Shown in pieces: positions 47,531 to 56,266 of a DNA stretch of 64,000 nt. A model generated the notes under the pieces. The model was not told the DNA's origin. It searched no databases and saw nothing but the letters and a program-made list of their open reading frames with translations. This stretch comes from a virus (Duplodnaviria; Caudoviricetes), in the IMG/VR virus record IMGVR_UViG_3300037780_000034, positions 32,001 through 96,000 of that record; one strand, 5' to 3'. Positions within the stretch are counted from its first letter, which is position 1. Every line of letters begins with the position of its first letter. Position numbers and translations under genes: made by a program.

Positions 47531-47699
47531 TGCGATGAAAACAAAAATTTCAAATATAATAGAGATAATATACTATCATCTAGAAATAATGAGTTATGCA
47601 CGATCCATTTCTATGTTATATGATATGGGATATCCAGACCTTGCAAAGAAAGCTTTTGAAAATTTAAAAGAGTTCCAAAAGCAATACAACAAAGGTTGA
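47508..47699 (+). CDS. small hypothetical protein
   Basis: 63 aa; overlaps the previous ORF. Confidence 0.6.
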   Translation: MEILEMYNAMKTKISNIIEIIYYHLEIMSYARSISMLYDMGYPDLAKKAFENLKEFQKQYNKG

Positions 47700-47724
47700 C
47701 ACTAACGCATCGTTCTGCTATATC
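47696..47724 (+). promoter_or_regulatory. sigma70-like promoter (TTGAC-N17-CTATAT)
   Basis: Exact spacing read from sequence. Confidence 0.7.
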
Positions 47725-47755
47725 CACAGATGTAAGTCTAATAGGATATAGCAGA

Positions 47756-48358
47756 ATGATCAATGTCCAAGGAAAACTGCCGAAAGAATTGGTAATCGCT
47801 TGTAGCGGCGGCCCTGACAGTATGGCAATCGTTGATTTCCTAAAACGTAAGCACAAAGTTATGCTACAATTTGTTCATCATATGACAGATACAAGTGATG
47901 AAGCATTTGACTTGCTTAAAAAATATGGAAAAGACCATAATATTGATGTTTTCGTAGACTATATTGATCCCGATGTTCCAAAAGGTGTTAGCCAAGAAGA
48001 ACATTGGCGTAATCAACGATATGATGTATTCTTTAAATATAAAAGTCATCCCGTAATTACTGGTCATCATCTTGATGATTGTGTGGAAACTTGGATTTGG
48101 AGTTCTATGCACGGTATGGGAAAAATTATTCCATATCGTAACAACAATGTTATTCGTCCGTTTCGCACAACTCGTAAAACTGATTTTGTAAACTGGTGTG
48201 ATCGTAACAATGTGCCTTATATGATTGATAAATCAAACAATGATCAAAAGTATATGAGGAATTATATTCGCCATACAGTTCTTCCTAACGTATTGCATAT
48301 TAATCCAGGAATTCATAAGACTATCAAAAAGAAAATTATCAATGAAGATATTTGTTAA
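47756..48358 (+). CDS. tilS: tRNA(Ile)-lysidine synthetase, catalytic domain only (start revised to ATG 47756)
   Basis: PP-loop ACSGGPDSM, R..RY, TGHHLDD..ET, IRP, D.SN....Y.RN.IRH. Confidence 0.85.
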   Translation: MINVQGKLPKELVIACSGGPDSMAIVDFLKRKHKVMLQFVHHMTDTSDEAFDLLKKYGKDHNIDVFVDYIDPDVPKGVSQEEHWRNQRYDVFFKYKSHPVITGHHLDDCVETWIWSSMHGMGKIIPYRNNNVIRPFRTTRKTDFVNWCDRNNVPYMIDKSNNDQKYMRNYIRHTVLPNVLHINPGIHKTIKKKIINEDIC

Positions 48359-48376
48359 ATACTCCTAAACAGGAGA

Positions 48377-48964
48377 TTGACAATGACACATTATGTTTTT
48401 ATTCACGGAGCAAATTCCAGTGGAAATAGTTTTAATTATACATTATCACAATTAGAATTAAACAAAAAAGATTATACCCTTGTAAAATATAAAAGTTCTG
48501 ATGGATTTTATTTTAATTTAGAGCAAATGGCTGATAAAATAAAAGATAAAAAGAATATACTTGTAGTAGGGCATAGCTTGGGCGGATTATATGCATTGCA
48601 TTTGACAAAATTAGTAAATGTAGTATCCGGAATAAGTATATCAACCCCGTTCAATGGAAGTTCACTTGCAGATTGGGCAAAGTTTATGATGCCAAATTAT
48701 CAATTATGGCACGATATTGGCACAAACAGTCATCCAGTTGTTATGGGAAAAGAAATAAATCTTGAAATTCCGTGGACACAAATAGTTTCTACAAAAGGAA
48801 GGGTTCCTTGGATTGTTCCAGACAACGATGGTGTAGTCACTATTAGAAGTCAAAAATCAAGAAAAGATATGAATTTTTTAGAATTGCCTTATAACCATTA
48901 TGAAATTATGTGTGTTCCACAAACAGTAGAAGTTATAAAAAGTCATAAAAATATGATGGATTGA
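48377..48964 (+). CDS. alpha/beta hydrolase
   Basis: FIHG, GHSLGG nucleophile elbow, NDGVV, NH. Confidence 0.85.
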   Translation: MTMTHYVFIHGANSSGNSFNYTLSQLELNKKDYTLVKYKSSDGFYFNLEQMADKIKDKKNILVVGHSLGGLYALHLTKLVNVVSGISISTPFNGSSLADWAKFMMPNYQLWHDIGTNSHPVVMGKEINLEIPWTQIVSTKGRVPWIVPDNDGVVTIRSQKSRKDMNFLELPYNHYEIMCVPQTVEVIKSHKNMMD

Positions 48965-48989
48965 CAAGATATAGTCAATGTGATATACC
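48961..48989 (+). promoter_or_regulatory. sigma70-like promoter with TTGAC-N8-GTCAA inverted repeat
   Basis: TTGACA-17-TATACC. Confidence 0.6.
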
Positions 48990-49012
48990 TTGATAAAACA
49001 AGGAGTATCACA

Positions 49013-49468
49013 ATGAAAAAGGGCGAATCACTTTCAACTGCAATTCATATTGCAACTAATGCACATCACGGGCAGTTTGATAAAGGCGGAAAGCCTTATA
49101 TTCTTCATTGTTTCCGTGTAATGAACTATCTTGACACCGATGATGAAGAATTGCAATGTATTGCACTTTTGCACGATGTTGCAGAAGATACAAAAACAAC
49201 TTTTCAAGATATGCTTGATAGTGGTATGTCTAAACGTATTGTTGATGCAGTAAAATTGTTAACAAAGATGCCCGGTCAAACATACGAAGAATATAAAACC
49301 GGAGTTCTTTCAAATATTGATGCTATGCTTGTAAAAAAAGCAGATTTGACTGATAATTCCGATATACGGCGACTAAAAGGAATTACAGAGCGTGATATTG
49401 AAAGAACTGCAAAATATCATCGGTTCTATCTTGAGATTGAATCCAAAATGAGAGAGAAAAATGTATAA
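49013..49468 (+). CDS. HD-domain (p)ppGpp-hydrolase-like protein (Mesh1/SAH) (start revised to ATG 49013)
   Basis: AH.GQ.DKGG.PYI.H, ALLHDVAED, VK.AD..DN; AGGAG RBS. Confidence 0.8.
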   Translation: MKKGESLSTAIHIATNAHHGQFDKGGKPYILHCFRVMNYLDTDDEELQCIALLHDVAEDTKTTFQDMLDSGMSKRIVDAVKLLTKMPGQTYEEYKTGVLSNIDAMLVKKADLTDNSDIRRLKGITERDIERTAKYHRFYLEIESKMREKNV

Positions 49469-50633
49469 AAATATTAAAAAGTTTGATCCCATTTATAAAC
49501 GTGATTCCAGTGGGTCAACACGAATGTGGTCTATGCAAATCGGTTATACCGATACATCTGCATCACATCGTGTTGTATCCGGTGTATTAAATGGTAAGAT
49601 GGTAACAAGTGAATGGAAAGCGTGTAATCCAAAAAATATCGGAAAATCAAACGAGACAACTGCTTTGCAACAAGCAGAATCAGAAGTATCTTCATTGTAT
49701 ACAAAAAAGTTAGAGACCGGATATTTCAAAAATGTCAAAGAAATAGATGAGTTTGCAAAAACAAAACCTATGCTGGCATCACAACACGAAAATCATACTT
49801 ATGATTTTAAAAATAATATGTATTATTCTCAGCCAAAGATTGATGGTATCAGGTGCATTGCACGAAAAGATGGTCTATGGACAAGAACAGGTAAAGAAAT
49901 TGTTTCTATCCCTCACATTGGTAAAGAACTTAAAAATTTCTTTGAAAAATATCCGGATGCAATAATTGACGGAGAATTATACAACCACGATCTTAAAGAC
50001 GATTTTAATAAAATCACTTCTCTTGTTCGTAAAACAAAACCAAAACAATATGATTATGTAGAAACACAAAAACTTGTTCAATATCATATTTATGATATGG
50101 TCAATATGCCAGAAAAAGAAAAAACATTTTATGGAAAAAATCCATTTTTTAGTGATAGAATTTCGTGGCTAAAAGATGAATTGCTAAATTCATTTTCTGT
50201 AAACGATACCTTTATTAAATTTGTTCCTACACTTGCAGTGTATGATATGGAACAACTTGATAAATTATATGGTGAATATCTTGAATATGGATACGAAGGC
50301 CAAATGATACGCATAAACGCAGTTTATCAAGAAGATAAACGTTCTAAATATCTTATAAAACGAAAAGAGTTTTTAAGTGAAGAATTTCCAGTTTTAGAAA
50401 TGACAGAAGGACAAGGAAATTGGGCTGGACATATAAAGCAGCTTGTTCTACAATTGCCAGATGAAAGGAAGTTTGGAGCAGGAATTCGCGGGACACAAGA
50501 AGTTCTTAGCAATTTATACAAAAATGGAAAAAAACCGGATTGGGCAACAGTAAGATACTTTACGCCTACACCAGATGGTATACCTCGTTTCCCAGTAGTG
50601 GTTGATTGGGGATATGGAACTCGTAACGATTGA
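49461..50633 (+). CDS. lig: ATP-dependent DNA ligase
   Basis: QPKIDG, DGELY, YHIYD, EGQMIR, LIKRK, PRFP. Confidence 0.9.
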   Translation: MYKNIKKFDPIYKRDSSGSTRMWSMQIGYTDTSASHRVVSGVLNGKMVTSEWKACNPKNIGKSNETTALQQAESEVSSLYTKKLETGYFKNVKEIDEFAKTKPMLASQHENHTYDFKNNMYYSQPKIDGIRCIARKDGLWTRTGKEIVSIPHIGKELKNFFEKYPDAIIDGELYNHDLKDDFNKITSLVRKTKPKQYDYVETQKLVQYHIYDMVNMPEKEKTFYGKNPFFSDRISWLKDELLNSFSVNDTFIKFVPTLAVYDMEQLDKLYGEYLEYGYEGQMIRINAVYQEDKRSKYLIKRKEFLSEEFPVLEMTEGQGNWAGHIKQLVLQLPDERKFGAGIRGTQEVLSNLYKNGKKPDWATVRYFTPTPDGIPRFPVVVDWGYGTRND

Positions 50634-50656
50634 TAACATAATATAGGAATATAGTT

Positions 50657-51040
50657 ATGAAATTATTAAACTTTTTTAAAAATATTACTAAATCTCTTTT
50701 TTCAAAATATGCAGTTTACACATATAATACAAGAGGAACAACATTTTATGTTGGTTGTTATAAATATAGAGGAAAATGGTATGGAATTGACAGAAAAATT
50801 CCCGATATTGAAGAAGAACTATTAACAAATAACAATATAAATTCTGTTACGAATAAAGTATATTCAGATAATTTTTTATGGAGAATTGACTTTAATATTA
50901 CTCCAGCCACCGGAGATAGAATACATGAATATTGCACAGTTAACAACAAAGAAGATGCCAAGTTTGCTATAAAAAAGCATAAAGATATACAAAACTTTTT
51001 AAAGAGTAAAAATGTTAAGCCAACAGTAGAATACTGTTGA
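50657..51040 (+). CDS. hypothetical protein
   Basis: 127 aa. Confidence 0.7.
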   Translation: MKLLNFFKNITKSLFSKYAVYTYNTRGTTFYVGCYKYRGKWYGIDRKIPDIEEELLTNNNINSVTNKVYSDNFLWRIDFNITPATGDRIHEYCTVNNKEDAKFAIKKHKDIQNFLKSKNVKPTVEYC

Positions 51041-51065
51041 CACTGTATACTGATTATGTCATAGT
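51037..51065 (+). promoter_or_regulatory. sigma70-like promoter
   Basis: TTGACA-17-CATAGT. Confidence 0.6.
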
Positions 51066-51091
51066 GGATTCACCACAGTAAGGAACATTCT

Positions 51092-51682
51092 ATGAACTAT
51101 TGTTTTCCACAAATTCGCACAATTGATGATGTCCTTCCTTATATAAAAGGACGTGAAGAATTTGTTGTTGCTGAACGTGAGTTTGGCACAGTGATAAACT
51201 ATATGGTATCAATGCCAGACACGTTTGATATGAAGGGACCAGATGATTTAGGCGGGGCTATTCGTCGTGAATGTCGTGGAATTAAGTTCTATCCTGACGG
51301 AACTATTGCTTCTCGTGTTTTTCATAAATTTTTCAATATTGGAGAACGTGAAGAAACACAAATTCATAAAATTGATTTAACGTTACAACACACACTTATG
51401 GACAAACGTGATGGAAGTATGATACACCCGATGATGGTAAATGGGTATATTCGCTGGATGACAAAAATGGGTTTATCAGATGTAGCATTGCAAGCAGAAA
51501 AATATATCAATACCACAAACAACTATAATCCTTTTGCTGCTTGGTGTATTGAAAGCGGATTAACTCCAATTTTTGAATATACTGGTCCAAATAACCGAAT
51601 TGTTGTTTCTTATGAAAAAGAAGAATTAGTTCTACTTGCAGTTCGTGACAACATTACTGGAGAATATCTTGATGTTACTTGA
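51092..51682 (+). CDS. rnlA: RNA ligase 1 (T4 Rnl1-like), N-terminal part
   Basis: RECRGI, HKFFN, motif I KRDGS, IFEY, NRIV, LLAVRD. Confidence 0.85.
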   Translation: MNYCFPQIRTIDDVLPYIKGREEFVVAEREFGTVINYMVSMPDTFDMKGPDDLGGAIRRECRGIKFYPDGTIASRVFHKFFNIGEREETQIHKIDLTLQHTLMDKRDGSMIHPMMVNGYIRWMTKMGLSDVALQAEKYINTTNNYNPFAAWCIESGLTPIFEYTGPNNRIVVSYEKEELVLLAVRDNITGEYLDVT

Positions 51683-52232
51683 TAAAATAAAAGAATATAA
51701 TATTCCTGTAGTAGAAACTCATCAAGCGTTTGATGACATTCATTCTCTTATAGAACATACAAAACATCTTAAAAATGCAGAAGGATTTATCATTTCGTTT
51801 CCTAATGGTCATAAACTTAAGATCAAAGCTGACGAATATGTAAGAATTCATAAAACAAAAGATATGATCCAGTTTGATCGTAACATAGTTGACTTGATCA
51901 TCAATGAAAATATTGATGATGTTATTCCTATGTTGCCAGAAACTGATGTAAATCGTATTCGTGATTTTGAAAAACGATTCTGGAAAGCATTTCTTGATAC
52001 TGAGAAAAAGTTGTATGGATTATATCGTGAAGCCGGAACATCGTATGATTATGATAAAAAACGTATTGCGACTGAATACATTCCGAAATATATAAAAGAC
52101 AAAACATATAGTTCATTTATATTCAGTCAAATAGATGGAAAAGATTTGCGCAATATGTTGCTAAAACATATTGAAAAAAACATAACAACTAACGTTAAAT
52201 GGGACCAATGCGCAAAATGGTTAGGAATGTAA
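51672..52232 (+). CDS. rnlA: RNA ligase 1, C-terminal part (different frame)
   Basis: Motif IV EGFII and motif V KLKIKADEY, then a helical C-domain; ATG 51672 overlaps the upstream stop. Confidence 0.8.
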   Translation: MLLDKIKEYNIPVVETHQAFDDIHSLIEHTKHLKNAEGFIISFPNGHKLKIKADEYVRIHKTKDMIQFDRNIVDLIINENIDDVIPMLPETDVNRIRDFEKRFWKAFLDTEKKLYGLYREAGTSYDYDKKRIATEYIPKYIKDKTYSSFIFSQIDGKDLRNMLLKHIEKNITTNVKWDQCAKWLGM

Positions 52233-52514
52233 ATGTTTAAATATATTAAGTCTTTATTTGTTAAACAACCAAAAAAAGAAAAAAAATTTATTGTTACCTT
52301 TAAAGGACAAATTTTTTTTACAGGTAATTCTAAAGAAAAATTGGAAAAACAAATATATAATGCATTCTTAATTCATACCAATTCACATACCATACCTGTA
52401 TTGAATAATAGCTATAAATTATCAGAAAGATACAAATTATTTAGAAGTTACTTCAAAATAACAGAAGTATGCACAACTTGTGGACATAAATCAGGATATT
52501 GTGGACAATGCTAA
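52233..52514 (+). CDS. hypothetical protein with C-terminal Cys motif
   Basis: CTTCG..GYCGQC. Confidence 0.65.
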   Translation: MFKYIKSLFVKQPKKEKKFIVTFKGQIFFTGNSKEKLEKQIYNAFLIHTNSHTIPVLNNSYKLSERYKLFRSYFKITEVCTTCGHKSGYCGQC

Positions 52515-52876
52515 GAACTGTAAAATATGAAGATAAATTTGTTCAAGGAAAACTTGTTCAAAATGAGAATGTGTTTTGCTCTTGTTCCGATGGATACATC
52601 AGTATAGATAGGTGTGACTGCGAATCTGGTTGGGCAAAACGTGCAACAGTTGACCACAAGGGAACATTGTATACTGGCGAATTGGTTCCAATTGTTGTCA
52701 AAAACCCAAGTTTCACTGTTTCCGTAGTAAAAGAAAATGAGGATGGATCATGTGAAATAGAAATAGAAATGGATGACTTTTCCAGCAACTTTTTCCACAA
52801 AGAGTCAACTCGTTTTAATATGAGTCTAGAAGATTATATTGTTTCACTGCTTGCGAAACAATCTAAATTTATATAA
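52499..52876 (+). CDS. hypothetical protein
   Basis: Cys cluster; C-terminal ribbon-helix-helix-like segment. Confidence 0.65.
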   Translation: MWTMLRTVKYEDKFVQGKLVQNENVFCSCSDGYISIDRCDCESGWAKRATVDHKGTLYTGELVPIVVKNPSFTVSVVKENEDGSCEIEIEMDDFSSNFFHKESTRFNMSLEDYIVSLLAKQSKFI

Positions 52877-52910
52877 TAACAAAATATGTCGCTATAAAAA
52901 GGAGAATAAT

Positions 52911-53108
52911 GTGACACATCTGCAATATAAAATTACAATTAATTCTGGGTTAGATCATAACGAAGAACCACAAATCTCGTTTAGTATGGACGAAGATACT
53001 CATACTTTTTTAGAAACAATGTCAACTGACAATAATATTACTGTAGGAGAGCTTGTAGCTAGTTTTCTTATGGGTGCAAAATTTACTACGGCTTCTTATG
53101 TAAACTAA
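52911..53108 (+). CDS. small hypothetical protein (GTG 52911)
   Basis: AGGAG RBS; RHH-like pattern. Confidence 0.6.
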   Translation: MTHLQYKITINSGLDHNEEPQISFSMDEDTHTFLETMSTDNNITVGELVASFLMGAKFTTASYVN

Positions 53109-53117
53109 AAATTGTTC

Positions 53118-53146
53118 TTGACAAACGAATCAATATGATCTAATAT
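53118..53146 (+). promoter_or_regulatory. sigma70-like promoter
   Basis: TTGACA-17-TAATAT. Confidence 0.75.
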
Positions 53147-53208
53147 AACAACTTGAATGATAACAGCAAACCAAACAAAACATCATTCTGACAAATAGGA
53201 GAAATAAT

Positions 53209-54636
53209 ATGTCAGCACTATTCAAAGCAGTAAACCGTGAAACTACAGTAACCGAAAATGGTATGGCAACACTTGAATCAAGTCTGGATTCAGTTGTTGA
53301 CCTTTTCTTTAAAATCGGTGCAAGCCGTGGAAAATTTGATGCACTAAAAAATACATTAAGTGCTGCATTTGCAACAGACCCTGAAATGACTGTTCGCGTT
53401 CTTCTTTGGTCTCGTGATGTTCGCGGCGGTGCCGGTGAACGAAAGCTATTCCGTGATGCTATACTATTTGGTTTCCAAATTGGTGCACTCACGAAAGAAC
53501 AAGGTGATCGCATTGTATCAAAAGTCCCAGAACTTGGGCGTTTTGATGATCTTTATGCATTCATCGGAACACCAAGTGAAAATGCAGCAATTGAACTTTT
53601 TGCTGGTGCACTTCGTTCTGGAAACGGTCTAGCTGCTAAGTGGAGTGATCGTAAAGGTATGAATGCAGTAAAAATGCGCAAAGCAATGGGTCTAACTCCA
53701 AAACAATATCGTAAGCTTGTTGTAAACAACACAAACGTTGTGGAACAACTTATGTGTGCAAAAAGCTGGAATTCTATTGAATTTGACAAGCTACCTAGTG
53801 TTGCTGCATCACGGTATCAAAAAGCTTTTTGGAAAAATGCAAACGAATCATATTCCAAATATGTAGAAAGCCTTAAAAAAGGTGAAGCAAAAATCAATGC
53901 TGGTGCGGTGTATCCATATGATATTGTCAAAAGCCTAAATTATGGCGATAAAGATGTTGCAAACCAACAGTGGAATTCACTTCCTGACTATATGGAAGGA
54001 ACAGAAAATCGCGGTATTCTACCTGTAGTTGATGTAAGTGCAAGTATGACTGTTCCAGCAGGAGGATATGGTTCAGGATCAAGTGTAACTTGTCTTGATG
54101 TTGCTGTGTCACTTGGACTTTACCTAAGTGAACGCAATCGTGGTATATTCAAAGATCAGTTTATTACTTTTAGTAATAATCCACAAATGCATAAACTTTC
54201 CGGAAATCTTTATCAACGGTATACACAACTTCGTCGTGCAGATTGGCAAATGTCAACTGACCTTGAAAAAGTATTCAAAGTTGTTCTTGATGCTGCAATC
54301 AATGGAAAGGTTGCTGAAAGTGATATGCCTGAAACAATTCTTATTCTTTCTGATATGCAATTTAATAGTGCAGTATCATCGCGTTATGGACGTAGCAACC
54401 CAACATCTTTTGAAATGATCAGTGATATATACAAAAATGCTGGTTATAAAATGCCAAACGTAGTTTACTGGAACATTAATTCAAAAAGTGGTGTTCCTGT
54501 TGAATTTGACCAAAGTGGAACGGCTCTTGTAAGCGGATTCTCGCCTTCAATTATGAAGTCTATAATTCGTGCAGAAAATGTCACTCCTGTTGATGTTATG
54601 AAGCAAACAATTATGGACAGTCGCTACGATTGGTAA
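53209..54636 (+). CDS. TROVE/Ro-like protein with vWA domain (DUF2828-type)
   Basis: TENG, RDVRGGAGER..F, GRFDDL, LAAKW, MIDAS VDVSASM, ILSDMQF, WNI. Confidence 0.85.
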   Translation: MSALFKAVNRETTVTENGMATLESSLDSVVDLFFKIGASRGKFDALKNTLSAAFATDPEMTVRVLLWSRDVRGGAGERKLFRDAILFGFQIGALTKEQGDRIVSKVPELGRFDDLYAFIGTPSENAAIELFAGALRSGNGLAAKWSDRKGMNAVKMRKAMGLTPKQYRKLVVNNTNVVEQLMCAKSWNSIEFDKLPSVAASRYQKAFWKNANESYSKYVESLKKGEAKINAGAVYPYDIVKSLNYGDKDVANQQWNSLPDYMEGTENRGILPVVDVSASMTVPAGGYGSGSSVTCLDVAVSLGLYLSERNRGIFKDQFITFSNNPQMHKLSGNLYQRYTQLRRADWQMSTDLEKVFKVVLDAAINGKVAESDMPETILILSDMQFNSAVSSRYGRSNPTSFEMISDIYKNAGYKMPNVVYWNINSKSGVPVEFDQSGTALVSGFSPSIMKSIIRAENVTPVDVMKQTIMDSRYDW

Positions 54637-54654
54637 CATAATCTCTTTAAACTT

Positions 54655-54680
54655 AAAAAGAGCAGAAATGCTCTTTTTTT
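54655..54680 (+). terminator. intrinsic terminator
   Basis: AAAAAGAGCA-GAAA-TGCTCTTTTTTT. Confidence 0.9.
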
Positions 54681-54703
54681 ATTTCTCAAAAAATGAAAGT
54701 TAA

Positions 54704-55276
54704 ATGATAATAATGAGTGAAACACCTAAAATAAATACAGAATATAACTCAGAAAATTTAGAATCTTTTTTAAATAATTTTTATAAAGACCCAAGTGAAA
54801 AATATGTAGCATTATTTGAAAGTATGCATAACCTATGCAAGGAAAATGGATGGGGAGAACCCTTCTCTTATGCCAGAAGTAGAGAAATCCATATGGCTTG
54901 TATCCTTGGAAACACTCTTGCTGACACCTATAGCGGTGCAGATGCCTATGATGAAGATGGTCCTTGTGAATACAAATCTACCATTTCAAACAAGATAAAT
55001 GCAACATATAACGGAATATCAGTTCAACCTTCTTGGGATGAACAAATAAAATATTTAAAAGAAGAAAAAATAGGAAAATATAAAAATCACTACTATGCCA
55101 GATATAATGGCAGTTCTATAGAAGAAATATGGAAATTAACTGCTGATGACGTAATTAGTATTGTAGAAGAACCATTGAAAAAACAATATCATAATAAAAG
55201 TAATAAAAAAGACCCAAGATTGGGCATAAATATTAGTGAAGGAAAAATAAAACAATATGGCAAAAGAATCTTATGA
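54704..55276 (+). CDS. PvuII-family type II restriction endonuclease-like protein
   Basis: GADAYDEDGPCEYKS matches PvuII GNDAVDNAGQEYELKS; KIGKY..YYARYNGSSIEEIWKL matches IIAKY..FAIYRGIAIEAIYRL (compared from memory). Confidence 0.65.
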   Translation: MIIMSETPKINTEYNSENLESFLNNFYKDPSEKYVALFESMHNLCKENGWGEPFSYARSREIHMACILGNTLADTYSGADAYDEDGPCEYKSTISNKINATYNGISVQPSWDEQIKYLKEEKIGKYKNHYYARYNGSSIEEIWKLTADDVISIVEEPLKKQYHNKSNKKDPRLGINISEGKIKQYGKRIL

Positions 55277-56216
55277 AAGTAAACTTATAAACGGAGATTT
55301 TTTAAAAGAAATATATCAAGTAGAAGATAATATAGTAGACCTATTACTTACAGATTTGCCATATAACATAAGTGAAAAAGGAGCAAACCCAGAATGGTTT
55401 GTAACTGATGAAAAAACTGGCGAAAAAATAAACAAAAACGGAATTCATAATCAACAGTTTGATGATAAATTTGAAGAAAAATGGGATTCTTTGTCCGAAG
55501 ACGATTTCATAAAAAATCTACAAATATGGGCAAATACGTGGTATCCAAAACTAAGAAATGGTGGTTCTTTTGCTATATTCATTAGTGATCGTTATATTTC
55601 GCATTTATGGTCAGCTATGGAAAAGGCTGGATTTGAACCAAAACGAATATGGACTTGGAAAAAGCCAGCAGCAGTTCCTTTTAATAGAAAAGTGAATCCA
55701 GTAAGCGGTTGTGAATATATTTTGTGGGGAATAAAACCAAACGGTAAAAGAACATTTAATTCAGATTGTCCACAAGAAAATATAGTAGCAAGATATAGTA
55801 TGGCTGATAAATTAAGTTCTATACTATATAAAAAATTAAAAGATGATACAGAAATGAATTTAGATAAATGTTTCTTAGAAGCATTAGTTGATGCCAAAAA
55901 AGTTTATGAAAATTTAAAAAGAACAAACGATATAGAACATTGTGTAATTCCAAACACAATAACATATAGTGGCGGTCTAGGAAAAGATAAAATCCATCCT
56001 ACTCAAAAGCCAGAAGAAGTATTAGAATATTTTATAGAATTATTGACCAACAAAAACGATATAGTATTAGATACTTTTGCTGGAAGCGGAAGCACAGGTA
56101 TGGCGTGTAAAAAATTAGATAGAAAATATATTTTAATAGAAAAAGACAATAATATGTTTAAAAAAATGAGCGCCAGATTTGAAGAAAATCCACTATTAAA
56201 GAATTTATTTGAATAA
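55257..56216 (+). CDS. beta-class amino (N4C/N6A) DNA methyltransferase
   Basis: Motif IV TDLPY, HPTQKP, motif I LDTFAGSGSTG at the C-terminus. Confidence 0.9.
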   Translation: MAKESYESKLINGDFLKEIYQVEDNIVDLLLTDLPYNISEKGANPEWFVTDEKTGEKINKNGIHNQQFDDKFEEKWDSLSEDDFIKNLQIWANTWYPKLRNGGSFAIFISDRYISHLWSAMEKAGFEPKRIWTWKKPAAVPFNRKVNPVSGCEYILWGIKPNGKRTFNSDCPQENIVARYSMADKLSSILYKKLKDDTEMNLDKCFLEALVDAKKVYENLKRTNDIEHCVIPNTITYSGGLGKDKIHPTQKPEEVLEYFIELLTNKNDIVLDTFAGSGSTGMACKKLDRKYILIEKDNNMFKKMSARFEENPLLKNLFE

Positions 56217-56231
56217 ACTATACACTTAAAT

Positions 56232-56239
56232 AATAAATA
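56232..56239 (+). promoter_or_regulatory. late promoter variant AATAAATA
   Basis: Directly upstream of the 2H phosphoesterase gene. Confidence 0.5.
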
Positions 56240-56266
56240 TCTTTATAGTAAAATATGGAGATATTT

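Noticed and set aside
53130-54418. Alternative-frame ORFs over the Ro/vWA gene
   Set aside because: Same codon-bias artefact.
54704-56216. Claim that CAGCTG is depleted in the window
   Set aside because: I could not count sites reliably by eye, only a few are expected in 64 kb at this composition, and the enzyme's specificity is unknown.
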